A stretch of DNA of 64,000 nt from Candidatus Aminicenantes bacterium. Lineage in GTDB: Bacteria; Acidobacteriota; Aminicenantia; Aminicenantales; JAFGBC01. This document shows, one piece after another, positions 27,071-36,342 of this stretch. A model generated the notes under the pieces. That model worked only from the letters and a program-made list of their open reading frames with translations. It made no database searches and was not told the DNA's origin. The position numbers and the translations under genes were made by a program. The DNA lies in the NCBI GenBank assembly GCA_963702005.1, contig OY969696.1, positions 1,440,001 to 1,504,000 on the forward strand, given 5' to 3'. Numbering within the stretch: position 1 is the first letter of the stretch; every line of letters starts with the position of its first letter.

Positions 27071-28783
27071 CTATTCGACGGCGAGGGCGGTGGGCATCAA
27101 AGCCCAGATCCGTTCGTTCTCGAGGAGACGGAAGAGAGCTAACCCTTTTTTGAGCTTGGGATCCAGGGGCAAGTTGGCGTCGGCATCGGCTCGTCCCCAG
27201 AAGACGCTCCAGAACGAACGCTTTTTAGGCCAGACGGCCAGCCTGACCTCCCGGTCGGTCGGGATTCCGGCCAACTCCTTGGCCATCCGGAGGGCGACTT
27301 GAATCCCTCCGACCTCGTCGACAAGCTTCCGCTCCTTGGCTTGACGGCCCGTCCAGACCCGGCCCCGGCCCAGGGCGTTGACCTGGTCCTTGGTCAATTG
27401 CCGGCCTTCGGCCGCCTTGGCCAGGAACCGGTCGTAGATCCAGAGGATTTGGCTCTTGAGGAGGGCGTGCTCCTGGTCGGTCAGGCTGCGGAAGGAGGTA
27501 AAGATGTCGGCTTCCTTGCCGAAGGTCAGTTTCTCGTTCGTGATGCCGAGCTTCTCATAGAGGCCGGACATGTCGAATTTCCCGCTCAGGACGCCTATCG
27601 AGCCGGTCAGAGTCTGGGGCTGGGCGACGATTTTGTGGGCGGCCATGGCGATCCAGTATCCGCCCGAGCCGGCGACATCCGACATCGAAACGACGAAGGG
27701 CTTGACCTTGCGGGTTAGGTAGACTTCGCGCCAAATGACGTCCGAGGCGACGGCCGAGCCGCCCGGGCTGTCGATCCGCATGACGACGGCCGCGATCGAA
27801 TCGTCCTCGCGGGCCGTTTTGATCCAGCGGGCGAGTGTCGCAGACCCGATGCTCTGGGAAAGGCTTTCCCCGGGCAGGATGGGGCCGACCGCGTAGATAA
27901 GGGCGATTCTTTTCCCGGGGAAGAGATTCGCGGGAGACACGGAGACGCGGCTGTAGTCCTCGAGGCTGATTCTATGCTCGCTCCGGCTTTGCTTGCCGAG
28001 CCTATCCAGCAGCTCGTCCTCGTAGAGAACCTGGTCGACCAGGCCGGCCGCGAGGGCTTGTTCGCCCTGGAAAAAGCCCTTGTCGATGAGGGCCCTGATA
28101 TCGGCCTCGGTCTTGTTCCTGGCTTGAGCGACGGCCCTGACGTACTCATCGAAGATATCCCCGTATAAGGACTCCATCATTTCCTTGTGGGCCGGCGTGA
28201 AGCCTTCTTCGGTGAACTGGTTGTAAGCCGTCTTGTATTCCTCGACATGCTCGAATTCGGCCCGGATCCCGAGCTTGGCCAGGCTCTTCTTCATGAAGGG
28301 GACATAGCCGCCGATGCCGTTGATCCCCAGCATCCCCAGGGGATGGAGGATGATTTCATCGCAGCCGGTCGCCAAATAATATTCCTTGTCGAAATCCATC
28401 CCTTCCTCGATGTAGGCGTAGGCCTTTTTACCCGACTTCCGGAAGTCGAGGACGGCGTCGCGGATCTCGCTGGTTTTGGCCCAATCGCAAACGAGGACAT
28501 TCAGCCGGAGAAGGAGACAGCCGATACGGCCGTCCGTTTTGGCCTTGCGGATGTTCGTCCACAGATCGTGGAGGGAGACGGGACGGACGCCTAAAAACAG
28601 GCTGGTGAAAAAGTCGGGGGTGGAGATTTCCACGACCTGGCCGGACAGACTGATCTCCAGATAGGAATCGCTCTTGACCGTGACGGGACGCTTGAACTCC
28701 CAGACGAAGAAGGAGACGGCGGCGGCGACGATCAGGGCCAGAAAGACGAGGAAGATAATCAGGACGTAGGTACCGCGCTTCAT
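27071..28783 (-). CDS. sppA: Signal peptide peptidase SppA, 67K type
   Basis: Two S49 domains; EYKTA, RIDSPGGS, AGSGGYWIA, TGSIGV, GRVWTG. Confidence 0.93.
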   Translation of the reverse strand: MKRGTYVLIIFLVFLALIVAAAVSFFVWEFKRPVTVKSDSYLEISLSGQVVEISTPDFFTSLFLGVRPVSLHDLWTNIRKAKTDGRIGCLLLRLNVLVCDWAKTSEIRDAVLDFRKSGKKAYAYIEEGMDFDKEYYLATGCDEIILHPLGMLGINGIGGYVPFMKKSLAKLGIRAEFEHVEEYKTAYNQFTEEGFTPAHKEMMESLYGDIFDEYVRAVAQARNKTEADIRALIDKGFFQGEQALAAGLVDQVLYEDELLDRLGKQSRSEHRISLEDYSRVSVSPANLFPGKRIALIYAVGPILPGESLSQSIGSATLARWIKTAREDDSIAAVVMRIDSPGGSAVASDVIWREVYLTRKVKPFVVSMSDVAGSGGYWIAMAAHKIVAQPQTLTGSIGVLSGKFDMSGLYEKLGITNEKLTFGKEADIFTSFRSLTDQEHALLKSQILWIYDRFLAKAAEGRQLTKDQVNALGRGRVWTGRQAKERKLVDEVGGIQVALRMAKELAGIPTDREVRLAVWPKKRSFWSVFWGRADADANLPLDPKLKKGLALFRLLENERIWALMPTALAVE

Positions 28784-28963
28784 GGGACCTCCTCTTTCAT
28801 CTACGGCCCGCTCCGGGTCGGGTTTAGCTTCCACTATAGCAAAATTCGGTCTCCCGGGAAACGGCCCGCCTCGGACCGGCGGGACTCCCTTAAACTCGCT
28901 TTCAGAAAATCCGTATTATGACTATAATCGTGGTCGCCGGTGACCGCGAACGAGGTGAAAAGG

Positions 28964-29884
28964 ATGTATGCGCTCGAAATCGAAAATGTTACCAAGCGGT
29001 TCGGCGAATTCTACGCCGTCCGTAACCTGTCCTTCCGAATCCCCCGGGGGACCATCTACGGGCTTCTCGGGCCGAACGGCGCGGGAAAGACGACGACTAT
29101 CCGGATGGTCATGAACATCATCATCCCCGACGAGGGGGGGATCAAGGTCCTGGACCGCCGGATGGATGAGGCCATGAAAGCCCGGGTCGGGTACCTTCCC
29201 GAGGACCGGGGTCTCTACCCCAAAATGAAGGTCGGGGAGATGATGCTGTTTCTGGCCGAGATCAAAGGGATGGCCGGGGACAAGGCCAAGCCGGCCATCG
29301 ACCGCTGGCTGAAGCGGCTCGAGCTCAGCGACTGGCGGGGCAAAAAAGTCGAGGCCCTTTCGAAGGGGATGCAGCAGAAGATCCAGTTCATCGTCACCGT
29401 CCTTCACGAACCGGACCTGATCATCCTCGACGAACCGTTCGCGGGCCTGGATCCGGTCAATGTCAAGCTCATCAAGGACATCATGCTCGAGTTCAAGGAC
29501 AAGGGCAAAACGATCATTTTCTCGACTCATCGCATGGAGCAGGTCGAAATGATCTGCGACAACATCTGCCTCATCAACAAGGCCCGGATGGTCCTCGAGG
29601 GGAGCCTCCAGGAGATCAAGAAGAGATACGGTAAGAACACCGTCGTCCTCGATTATGAGGGGGAGGGCGACTTCGTCAAGGGCCTGCCCGAGGTCGCCAA
29701 GGTCGACGACTACGGGCGGTCCATGGAGATCAAACTCCGGGACAGGGCCGACCCCCAAACCCTGCTGCGGAGCCTGGTCGGGCGGGTCCGGGTCAACCGC
29801 TTCGAGATCCAGGAGCCCTCCCTCAATTCCATCTTCATCGACAACGTCGGAGCCGAGCATGAGAAAGATCTTATCGGTCATTAA
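28964..29884 (+). CDS. ABC transporter ATP-binding subunit (NatA/YhaQ-like)
   Basis: GPNGAGKTT, LSKGMQQK, IILDEPFAGLDPVN. Confidence 0.9.
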   Translation: MYALEIENVTKRFGEFYAVRNLSFRIPRGTIYGLLGPNGAGKTTTIRMVMNIIIPDEGGIKVLDRRMDEAMKARVGYLPEDRGLYPKMKVGEMMLFLAEIKGMAGDKAKPAIDRWLKRLELSDWRGKKVEALSKGMQQKIQFIVTVLHEPDLIILDEPFAGLDPVNVKLIKDIMLEFKDKGKTIIFSTHRMEQVEMICDNICLINKARMVLEGSLQEIKKRYGKNTVVLDYEGEGDFVKGLPEVAKVDDYGRSMEIKLRDRADPQTLLRSLVGRVRVNRFEIQEPSLNSIFIDNVGAEHEKDLIGH

Positions 29885-31133
29885 GCGGGAATACCTCCAG
29901 ATCGTCCGGACCAAGGGGTTCATCATCGGGACCGTTCTCGGGCCGATCGCCATGGCCGCCCTGATCTTCATCCCGATGCTGATCGCGATGGCCTCCGGGG
30001 GGGAGAAGAAGACGATCGCCGTCATCGACACGACGGGCGAGATCTTTGCCGACCTCGACCAGAAGCTCGACTACAAGATGAGCGACGGGAGCCGCCGTTA
30101 CGCCTTGAGCGAAGCCGCGCCCGGCCCGGATGTCGCGGGCCAGCGCAACGGCCTCGGCCAGAAGGTGCTGGCCAAGAAGCTCTCCGCCTATATTTTCGTC
30201 CCGGCCGACATCCTGACCGGCGGCACGGCCGAATATGCCGCCCTCAACGTCTCCGACTTCGACGAGGTCAAGCGGATCAACGAGGCCCTGAACGCGGTCG
30301 TCATCGAGAAACGCCTCAAGAAGGAGGGCCTCGACCCGGCCAAAGTCGCCCAGTACACCCAGCGCGTCGGGCTCAAGACGATCAAAGTCACCGAGCGGGG
30401 CGAGCAGGAGGACGTCGGCGGAACGTTCGTCATCGCTTACGTCCTGGTCCTGATCCTGTACATGACCCTCTTCTTTTACGGCTCGATCATCATGCGGGGG
30501 GTGATCGAGGAGAAAAGCAACCGGGTCGTCGAGGTCGTCCTGAGCTCCCTCCGCCCCTTCGAGCTCATGGCCGGCAAGATCCTGGGCATCGCGGCCGTCG
30601 GGTTCACCCAATACACCATCTGGGCCCTGTTCGGATTCCTGGCCAGCCGCTACGGAGGGATGCTCGCGGCCGGAGCCGTGCCCGGCGCCTCCGGGTTCAA
30701 GATGGCGACCATCCCGCCCTATGTTTTCATCTACTTCGTCGTCTTTTTCATCCTCGGCTATTTTCTGTACAGCGTCCTGTTTGCGACCGTCGGTTCCCTG
30801 GTCAACTCCGAAAAGGAAGCCCAGCAGCTTCTGTTCCCGATCTCCATGCTCCTGGTCGTTCCGATGCTCATGATGATGATGATCCTCAAGAGCCCCAGCG
30901 GCTCGACCTCGGTCGTCCTGTCCCTGATTCCCTTCTTCGCGCCCATTCTGATGCTGATGAGGATCTGCGTCCTGCTGCCGCCCTTTTCCCAGATCGCGGC
31001 CTCGATCGGCCTCCTCGTCCTGACGATCGTCGTCCTGATCTGGATCGCCGCCAAGATCTACCGGGTCGGGATCCTCATGTACGGAAAGCGGCCCAGCCTC
31101 CGCGAAATCGCCAAGTGGATCCGGTACAAATAG
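29859..31133 (+). CDS. ABC-2 permease (NatB/YhaP-like)
   Basis: KREY...VRTKGF, VIEEKSNRVVEVVLSS, LMAGKILG, KIYRVGILMYGK. Confidence 0.9.
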   Translation: MRKILSVIKREYLQIVRTKGFIIGTVLGPIAMAALIFIPMLIAMASGGEKKTIAVIDTTGEIFADLDQKLDYKMSDGSRRYALSEAAPGPDVAGQRNGLGQKVLAKKLSAYIFVPADILTGGTAEYAALNVSDFDEVKRINEALNAVVIEKRLKKEGLDPAKVAQYTQRVGLKTIKVTERGEQEDVGGTFVIAYVLVLILYMTLFFYGSIIMRGVIEEKSNRVVEVVLSSLRPFELMAGKILGIAAVGFTQYTIWALFGFLASRYGGMLAAGAVPGASGFKMATIPPYVFIYFVVFFILGYFLYSVLFATVGSLVNSEKEAQQLLFPISMLLVVPMLMMMMILKSPSGSTSVVLSLIPFFAPILMLMRICVLLPPFSQIAASIGLLVLTIVVLIWIAAKIYRVGILMYGKRPSLREIAKWIRYK

Positions 31134-31136
31134 CCC

Positions 31137-31165
31137 TTGATTTCCCGAAATCCTTGTGACAGAAT
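31137..31165 (+). promoter_or_regulatory. Putative sigma70 promoter of the RRM gene
   Basis: TTGATT-17 nt-CAGAAT with TG extension. Confidence 0.45.
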
Positions 31166-31242
31166 GAATTGATTTTCGGCCGTCGTGCGTCGCGCCGGCG
31201 AAGGGGCCGGCCGCGGCCGGAGGGTCAAGGAGGTTTTGTCTG

Positions 31243-31533
31243 ATGTCTTTCAAGAAGCTTTATGTGGGCAACCTCAACTACAAAACAAACGACGAGAGGT
31301 TGAAGGAATTGTTCTCCCAGTTCGGAGAGGTGACCTCGGTCAACATTCTCCAGGGACGAGGATTCGGGTTCGTCGAGATGAACACCCCCGAAGCGGCCCA
31401 GGAAGCCTTGGGCAAGCTCAACGGCAGCGAGTTCGACGGACGCCGAATCATAGTCAACGAGGCCAAGCCCAGGGCCGAAAAGGGAGGCGATGGACGCATG
31501 GGCGGCGGGGACAGGCCCTTCCGCAAGTTCTGA
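31243..31533 (+). CDS. RRM (RNP-1) RNA-binding protein with Gly/Arg tail
   Basis: LYVGNL (RNP2), RGFGFVEM (RNP1), VNEAKP; AAGGAGG RBS. Confidence 0.93.
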   Translation: MSFKKLYVGNLNYKTNDERLKELFSQFGEVTSVNILQGRGFGFVEMNTPEAAQEALGKLNGSEFDGRRIIVNEAKPRAEKGGDGRMGGGDRPFRKF

Positions 31534-31584
31534 ATAGACCAAACGGTTTTTCCCTTATTCCAGCATCCCCGGCTCGGGGTGGAG

Positions 31585-31616
31585 AGCGCCTTCCCGGGGC
31601 GCTGTCTGCCTTTTTT
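31585..31616 (+). terminator. Possible intrinsic terminator after the RRM gene
   Basis: AGCGCCTT-CCC-GGGGCGCT hairpin with T6 seven nt later. Confidence 0.4.
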
Positions 31617-31623
31617 AAGGGTA

Positions 31624-31649
31624 TGAACCTTTTTTCGGGCCGGAACGTA
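31624..31649 (+). promoter_or_regulatory. ECF (sigW-like) promoter, probably autoregulatory
   Basis: TGAACC-N16 (starting TTTTTT)-CGTA, matching the B. subtilis sigW-type TGAAAC-N16-CGTA layout, upstream of the ECF operon. Confidence 0.7.
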
Positions 31650-31681
31650 GGGACTTGTGAAAGCCTAAAACGAGGTCAACG

Positions 31682-32107
31682 ATGAGAATGAATCGCACGG
31701 CTCTCACGGTCGGAGGCCCGATCCTCCTCTCGCTCGCGCTTGCCGGCTGCGTCGGGGTCCGGATCGACCGGGACGTGGCCGATCCCGACGCCGCCTTCGC
31801 CCGGGCTGAAGGCCAGATCGGGGCGCTCGAATCCAGTCATCCCGGTCGGGCCGGCCATGCCCACAGGCTGTACTTAATGGCCTACGACGGCGACGATAGA
31901 GAGCTGGTCCGAATCTCCGTGCCGCTCTGGATCGTCGACGTCTGCTTGGACTTGGCCGAGGGCTCCGACCACGCGGACAAGGTTCATCGGCTCGAGGACC
32001 GCTACGATGTCGAGTGGAAGGCCCTCGGCGACTTGGGCCGGTTCGGCCCCGGACTTCTGGTCTCGATCGAGGAGAAGGGGTCCCGGGTCCTCATCTGGCT
32101 TCAGTAG
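31682..32107 (+). CDS. Hypothetical lipoprotein (shared domain, copy 1)
   Basis: Lipobox LAGC; VRISVPLWIV...GPGLLVSIEE..RVLIWLQ. Confidence 0.7.
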   Translation: MRMNRTALTVGGPILLSLALAGCVGVRIDRDVADPDAAFARAEGQIGALESSHPGRAGHAHRLYLMAYDGDDRELVRISVPLWIVDVCLDLAEGSDHADKVHRLEDRYDVEWKALGDLGRFGPGLLVSIEEKGSRVLIWLQ

Positions 32108-32149
32108 GCGGGCGGGGATCGTCGTCCCCCGGATAGCGACGTGGAGCGA

Positions 32150-32731
32150 ATGGACGGAAAAGCGGTCGGCAACATGCCGGACATTTCTGTCCTGATAGCC
32201 CGCGTCAAGGAAGGAGATAAAAATGCGTTCCAGGACATCACCCGACGGTATCAGCAGGGGGTTTTCGTCCTGGCCTACTCCTTCTTCCGGAACAGGGAAG
32301 ACGCCTTGGACATCGTCCAGGAAACCTTCCTCCGTCTTTATGAGAAGGCCGTCCTTTTCCGTGACGGCGAGGAGTTTCAGGCCTGGTTGTTCCAGATCGC
32401 CCGAAACCTGTGCATCGACAGCTACCGCCGGAACCGGAAGCGCCGCGCGGACCGGGCGGCTGATGCCCGGCTCGAAGACCTGCCTTCAACGGCCGACGGT
32501 CCCGCCGATTGCGAACGTCGGGCCGACCTCCGGGCCCTGTTCCGATCCGTCCTGCCAAGGCTGGCCGAGAAGCAAAGGACGGTCTTCGTCATGAAACATT
32601 ACAACGATATGCCTTATCAGGAGATCGCCCGGACGCTCGGGATAGCGGTCGGGACGGTCAAGTCTCTGCATTTCAAGGCCGTCCGGAACCTGCGGAAGCA
32701 TCTTGGACCGCACATGGGGATGACGTCATGA
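32150..32731 (+). CDS. ECF sigma-70 family RNA polymerase sigma factor
   Basis: DALDIVQETF, FQAWLFQIARNLCID (region 2), YQEIARTLGIAVGTVKS (region 4); start uncertain (32141/32150/32174). Confidence 0.92.
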   Translation: MDGKAVGNMPDISVLIARVKEGDKNAFQDITRRYQQGVFVLAYSFFRNREDALDIVQETFLRLYEKAVLFRDGEEFQAWLFQIARNLCIDSYRRNRKRRADRAADARLEDLPSTADGPADCERRADLRALFRSVLPRLAEKQRTVFVMKHYNDMPYQEIARTLGIAVGTVKSLHFKAVRNLRKHLGPHMGMTS

Positions 32732-33528
32732 GCGATTGCAAAACTTATCGGGATCAGTGGGTCGCTTTTCTGAGCCGGGAGCTCGCTCCCGAGGACGAGC
32801 GGGCGATGTCCGCTCATCTCGGCTCCTGCCGGCGCTGCCGGAGCGAGGTCGATTCCCTCCGGGCTCTATTCGGCGAGGCGGAATCGTTCCGGGAGGAAAC
32901 CCGGGCCGTCCTGGCCTCCGTGGATTGGGAGACGCTCCCCTCCCGGATCGCGGCGCGGCTTCCCGAACGGCCCGCTCCTCTCGCCAAGACCGCCGCGCAG
33001 CCCCGGCTTAGGGCGCAGCTTTGGAGCCCGCGGCTCCGTCCCGCCCTGGCTGGACTCCTGGTCGGGCTCCTCCTCGGCGGCCTGGGCATGTTCTTCGCGC
33101 TGCGACGGCCCTCCGCCCGGAGGCCGGCCGCGGAGTTTTTCGCCTCGGGCGAATTCCTGGACAGGGTCGAGCTCGAGATGGCCCGCCGCCAGACCCTGGA
33201 CTACCTGGATAAAAGCCAGTACCTGTTCCTCGACGTCCTGGAGAGGTCGGGCGGGAGCGGTCCCGCCGGCCCCGACTCCCTGGCTTCCCAGGAAGCCCGG
33301 GAACTCATCTCCCGCAAGAAATACCTCAATCCTCAGCTCGATAAGTTCGGGATGGCCAAGGCCAAGGACCTCTGCGACCAGATCGAGCTCCTCGTCTTCG
33401 AACTCTCCCAACTCTCACCCCGGGTCAGCGCGGCCGAGGTCGATCGGATTCGAGCCATGGTCCGGGACCGGCAGCTTCTGATGAAGATCCGGCTCGTCAA
33501 GAAAGAGCTGGAACGCAGCGAGGTCTGA
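32728..33528 (+). CDS. Zinc-binding (zf-HC2/ZAS) transmembrane anti-sigma factor
   Basis: HLGSCRRC (HxxxCxxC), one TM helix, helical periplasmic part; ATGA overlap with the sigma gene. Confidence 0.85.
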   Translation: MSDCKTYRDQWVAFLSRELAPEDERAMSAHLGSCRRCRSEVDSLRALFGEAESFREETRAVLASVDWETLPSRIAARLPERPAPLAKTAAQPRLRAQLWSPRLRPALAGLLVGLLLGGLGMFFALRRPSARRPAAEFFASGEFLDRVELEMARRQTLDYLDKSQYLFLDVLERSGGSGPAGPDSLASQEARELISRKKYLNPQLDKFGMAKAKDLCDQIELLVFELSQLSPRVSAAEVDRIRAMVRDRQLLMKIRLVKKELERSEV

Positions 33529-33529
33529 C

Positions 33530-34375
33530 ATGAGAAAAACCGGTTGGATACTCAGCCTTTGGCTCCTGGCCGCTCCGGTCACGGGCGTGTTCGCCCAGGC
33601 CCGGCCGGACGAGACGCTCTTTCAGGACGCCAAGCTCCTCCTCTTCGACAAGCAGTGGGCGGATGCCCAGGCCAAGCTCGAAGAGCTCATCGGCAGCCAT
33701 CCGGCCAGCCCCCTCCGGGGCCAGGCCATCTTCTACCGGGCCAAGTGCCTCAACGAGCGGAAGGGGATGGAGAAGGAGGCCCTGGCCGCCTTCAAAGACT
33801 ACCTTGCCCTCAAGGAGCGCAACGACAGCCTGATCGAGGAATCGGAAAACTCGATCATTGACCTCGCCTTCGATCTCTACGGCCGGGGAGAGAAGTCCTA
33901 TCTCAAGGAGATCGAGGACCGGCTCGGCAGCAAGAACCGCTCCATCAAGTACTACGCGGCTTTCAAGCTCAGCTACGCGGCGGACAAAGCCGTCGCCGCC
34001 AAGGGCGTGCCCATCCTGAAGCTGATCGTCGAGTCCGAGCGGAACCTCGAGCTCAAGGACCGGGCTAAGATCGCCCTCCTCCGCATCTCGCCCGAAAGCC
34101 TCAGGGGTGTGTCGGACGAACCGGCAGTCATGGGGCCGCGAGTCCTCAAGATCAGGATCTACGAGAAGGGCCGGAAAGAGCCGAGCCTGTCTCTCAACAT
34201 CCCCTGGGCCTTGGCCGACCTGGCGCTGAGCTCGATTCCCGAGGAGGAGCGGGCCAAGCTCCGCAAGAAAGGCCACGACATCGACTCGATCATTCGCGAC
34301 CTGAGCAGGGACAAAGGGACCATCTTCGAGGTCGTGGCTGAGGACCAGAGCGTCATCAAGATTTGGATCGAATAA
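33530..34375 (+). CDS. Exported TPR/HEAT-like protein with C-terminal shared domain (copy 2)
   Basis: Signal peptide; BamD/TPR-like helices (LFQDAK..LF...W.DA, HPASP); LSLNIPWAL...VIKIWIE. Confidence 0.7.
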   Translation: MRKTGWILSLWLLAAPVTGVFAQARPDETLFQDAKLLLFDKQWADAQAKLEELIGSHPASPLRGQAIFYRAKCLNERKGMEKEALAAFKDYLALKERNDSLIEESENSIIDLAFDLYGRGEKSYLKEIEDRLGSKNRSIKYYAAFKLSYAADKAVAAKGVPILKLIVESERNLELKDRAKIALLRISPESLRGVSDEPAVMGPRVLKIRIYEKGRKEPSLSLNIPWALADLALSSIPEEERAKLRKKGHDIDSIIRDLSRDKGTIFEVVAEDQSVIKIWIE

Positions 34376-34393
34376 ACCATCAAGGAGGACATT

Positions 34394-34780
34394 ATGAAAA
34401 AGACAGTACTTCTCGCGGCGGCCGTCTTCGGACTGGCGCTCGTTCTTGGGACCTTCGCCCTGGCCGACAGCCGCCAGGACCTCCAGGCCATCAAGAAAGC
34501 CGTCAAGGACAACCCGAACTTCGAGCCGGGCAAGGAGGTCAAGTGGTTCAAGGTCTTGGTCACGGACACCAAGACCAATAAGGACAAGGTCAAGATCACC
34601 CTGCCTTTGGCCCTGGTCGAGGCCTTCGTCAAGTGCGCCGACAACAAGCACCTCCGGATCGACGACGGGGATTGCGACATCGATTTCGAGGCGCTGCTGG
34701 CCGAGCTCAAAAAGGTCGGCCCGATGGCCCTGATCGAGGTTTATGAGGACGACGAGACCGTCAAGGTCTGGCTCGAGTAG
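34394..34780 (+). CDS. Exported hypothetical protein (shared domain, copy 3)
   Basis: Signal peptide ending ALA; VKITLPLALV...VGPMALIEV.E..TVKVWLE; AAGGAGG RBS. Confidence 0.75.
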   Translation: MKKTVLLAAAVFGLALVLGTFALADSRQDLQAIKKAVKDNPNFEPGKEVKWFKVLVTDTKTNKDKVKITLPLALVEAFVKCADNKHLRIDDGDCDIDFEALLAELKKVGPMALIEVYEDDETVKVWLE

Positions 34781-34806
34781 GCCGCGAGGCGCAAATATCC
34801 GCTCCC

Positions 34807-34866
34807 GGGGATTGGACTGGCCCCTCCCTCAAGAAAAGGGGGGTCCAGTCCGGTCCCCTTTTTTTT
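34807..34866 (+). terminator. Rho-independent terminator of the ECF operon
   Basis: Long GC stem GGGGATTGGACTGGCCCC...GGGGTCCAGTCCGGTCCCC followed by T8. Confidence 0.85.
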
Positions 34867-35049
34867 GCCGTCCCGAATTGATAAAATAGACGGGTCTTCG
34901 CCTATGAAGGGATGTCAGCGGAAGGGGTCGGAAGCCGCTATTCCGGATTGGAGGGAGTCAGGAGCGATGAAGAAGACGACAACGCCGAGAAAAGCGATCA
35001 GGAAACGGAGGGCCGGAGTCGTCCCAGGAATTCTTTTTGGAGGCGAACG

Positions 35050-36342
35050 ATGGGATTAACGATGGTCGAGAAAATCCTGTCCAAGGCCGTCCGACGGTCC
35101 GCGGTCAGGGCCGGGGATGTGGTCGAGCCCGCCGTGAACATGGCCATGTCCCACGAAAACGCAGCCCTGGTCATCAACCAATTCCTTGAAATATACAGGG
35201 ACACAGGCCTCGAGCCCAAGGTCTGGGACCCTTCGAAAATCGCGATTATCTTCGACCATCGGATCCCGGCCGAGAGCTCCAAGACGGCGACCAACCAGAA
35301 GAAGATCCGCGCCTTTGTCGCCCAGCAAGGCATCAAGAAGTTCCATGATATCCGGGGCGATCAAGGAGGGATCTGCCACCAGATTCTCCCCGAGAACGGT
35401 TACGTCCTCCCCGGAAAAGTCGTAATCGGGACCGACAGCCACACGACGAGCCACGGGGCGTTGGGGGCGTTCGCCTTCGGGATCGGCGCGACCGAGATGG
35501 CCTCGGTCTGGACGTTGGGTACGGTCCTCAACGTCGAGGTCCCCAAGACGATCAAGGTCATGGCCATAGGCCGCTTCCCGCGCTACGTCCTCCCCAAAGA
35601 TCTTATCCTCTATCTGATCGGACAACTGACGGCCGAGGGCGCGAACTTCAAGGTGATCGAGTTCCACGGCCCGGTGATCAAGGCCATGTCCACCTCGGGC
35701 CGGTTCGTCCTCTGCAATATGTCGGTTGAAGCCGGGGCGACCTCAGGGATCGTCCCGCCCGACGCCGAAACCGTTCGCTACCTTCGCTCCGAGGCCAAGG
35801 TCAAGGGCAAGCTCGACCCCTTCGGCCCCGACCCGGACGCCGACTACGACCGGGTTCTCGAGATCGACGTTTCTTCGCTCGAGCCCATGGTCGCCTGCCC
35901 CCACGCCGTTGACAACGTCAAGCCGGTCGGCGCGGTCCGGGGTGTCAAGGTCCAGCAGGTCGTCATCGGATCCTGCACCAACGGCCGGCTCGACGACCTG
36001 GCCGTAGCCGCCCGCATCCTCAAGGGCAAGTCGGTCGCCAAGGGGACCCGCATGCTCGTGTTTCCGGCCTCCTACCGGATCTACGGCCAGGCTCTCAGGC
36101 TCGGCTACATCGCGGACTTCATCAAAGCGGGCGCGGTCGTCATGAATCCCGGCTGCGGGCCCTGCCTGGGCGTCCACCAGGGCGCGCTCGGAGACGGCGA
36201 AGTCGCCCTGGCGACCACCAACCGGAACTTCAAAGGCCGAATGGGAAACTCCAACGCCGAGGTCTATCTCTCGTCGCCGGCCGTGGCTGCGGCGAGCGCC
36301 ATCAAGGGCGCGATCACCGACCCGAGACAAGGAGGACGTTGA
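35050..36342 (+). CDS. 3-isopropylmalate dehydratase/homoaconitase family large subunit (LeuC/HacA-like)
   Basis: GLTMVEKIL, FDH, GICHQ, GTDSHT, GSCTNG, PGCGPC, TTNRNFKGRMG. Confidence 0.92.
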   Translation: MGLTMVEKILSKAVRRSAVRAGDVVEPAVNMAMSHENAALVINQFLEIYRDTGLEPKVWDPSKIAIIFDHRIPAESSKTATNQKKIRAFVAQQGIKKFHDIRGDQGGICHQILPENGYVLPGKVVIGTDSHTTSHGALGAFAFGIGATEMASVWTLGTVLNVEVPKTIKVMAIGRFPRYVLPKDLILYLIGQLTAEGANFKVIEFHGPVIKAMSTSGRFVLCNMSVEAGATSGIVPPDAETVRYLRSEAKVKGKLDPFGPDPDADYDRVLEIDVSSLEPMVACPHAVDNVKPVGAVRGVKVQQVVIGSCTNGRLDDLAVAARILKGKSVAKGTRMLVFPASYRIYGQALRLGYIADFIKAGAVVMNPGCGPCLGVHQGALGDGEVALATTNRNFKGRMGNSNAEVYLSSPAVAAASAIKGAITDPRQGGR

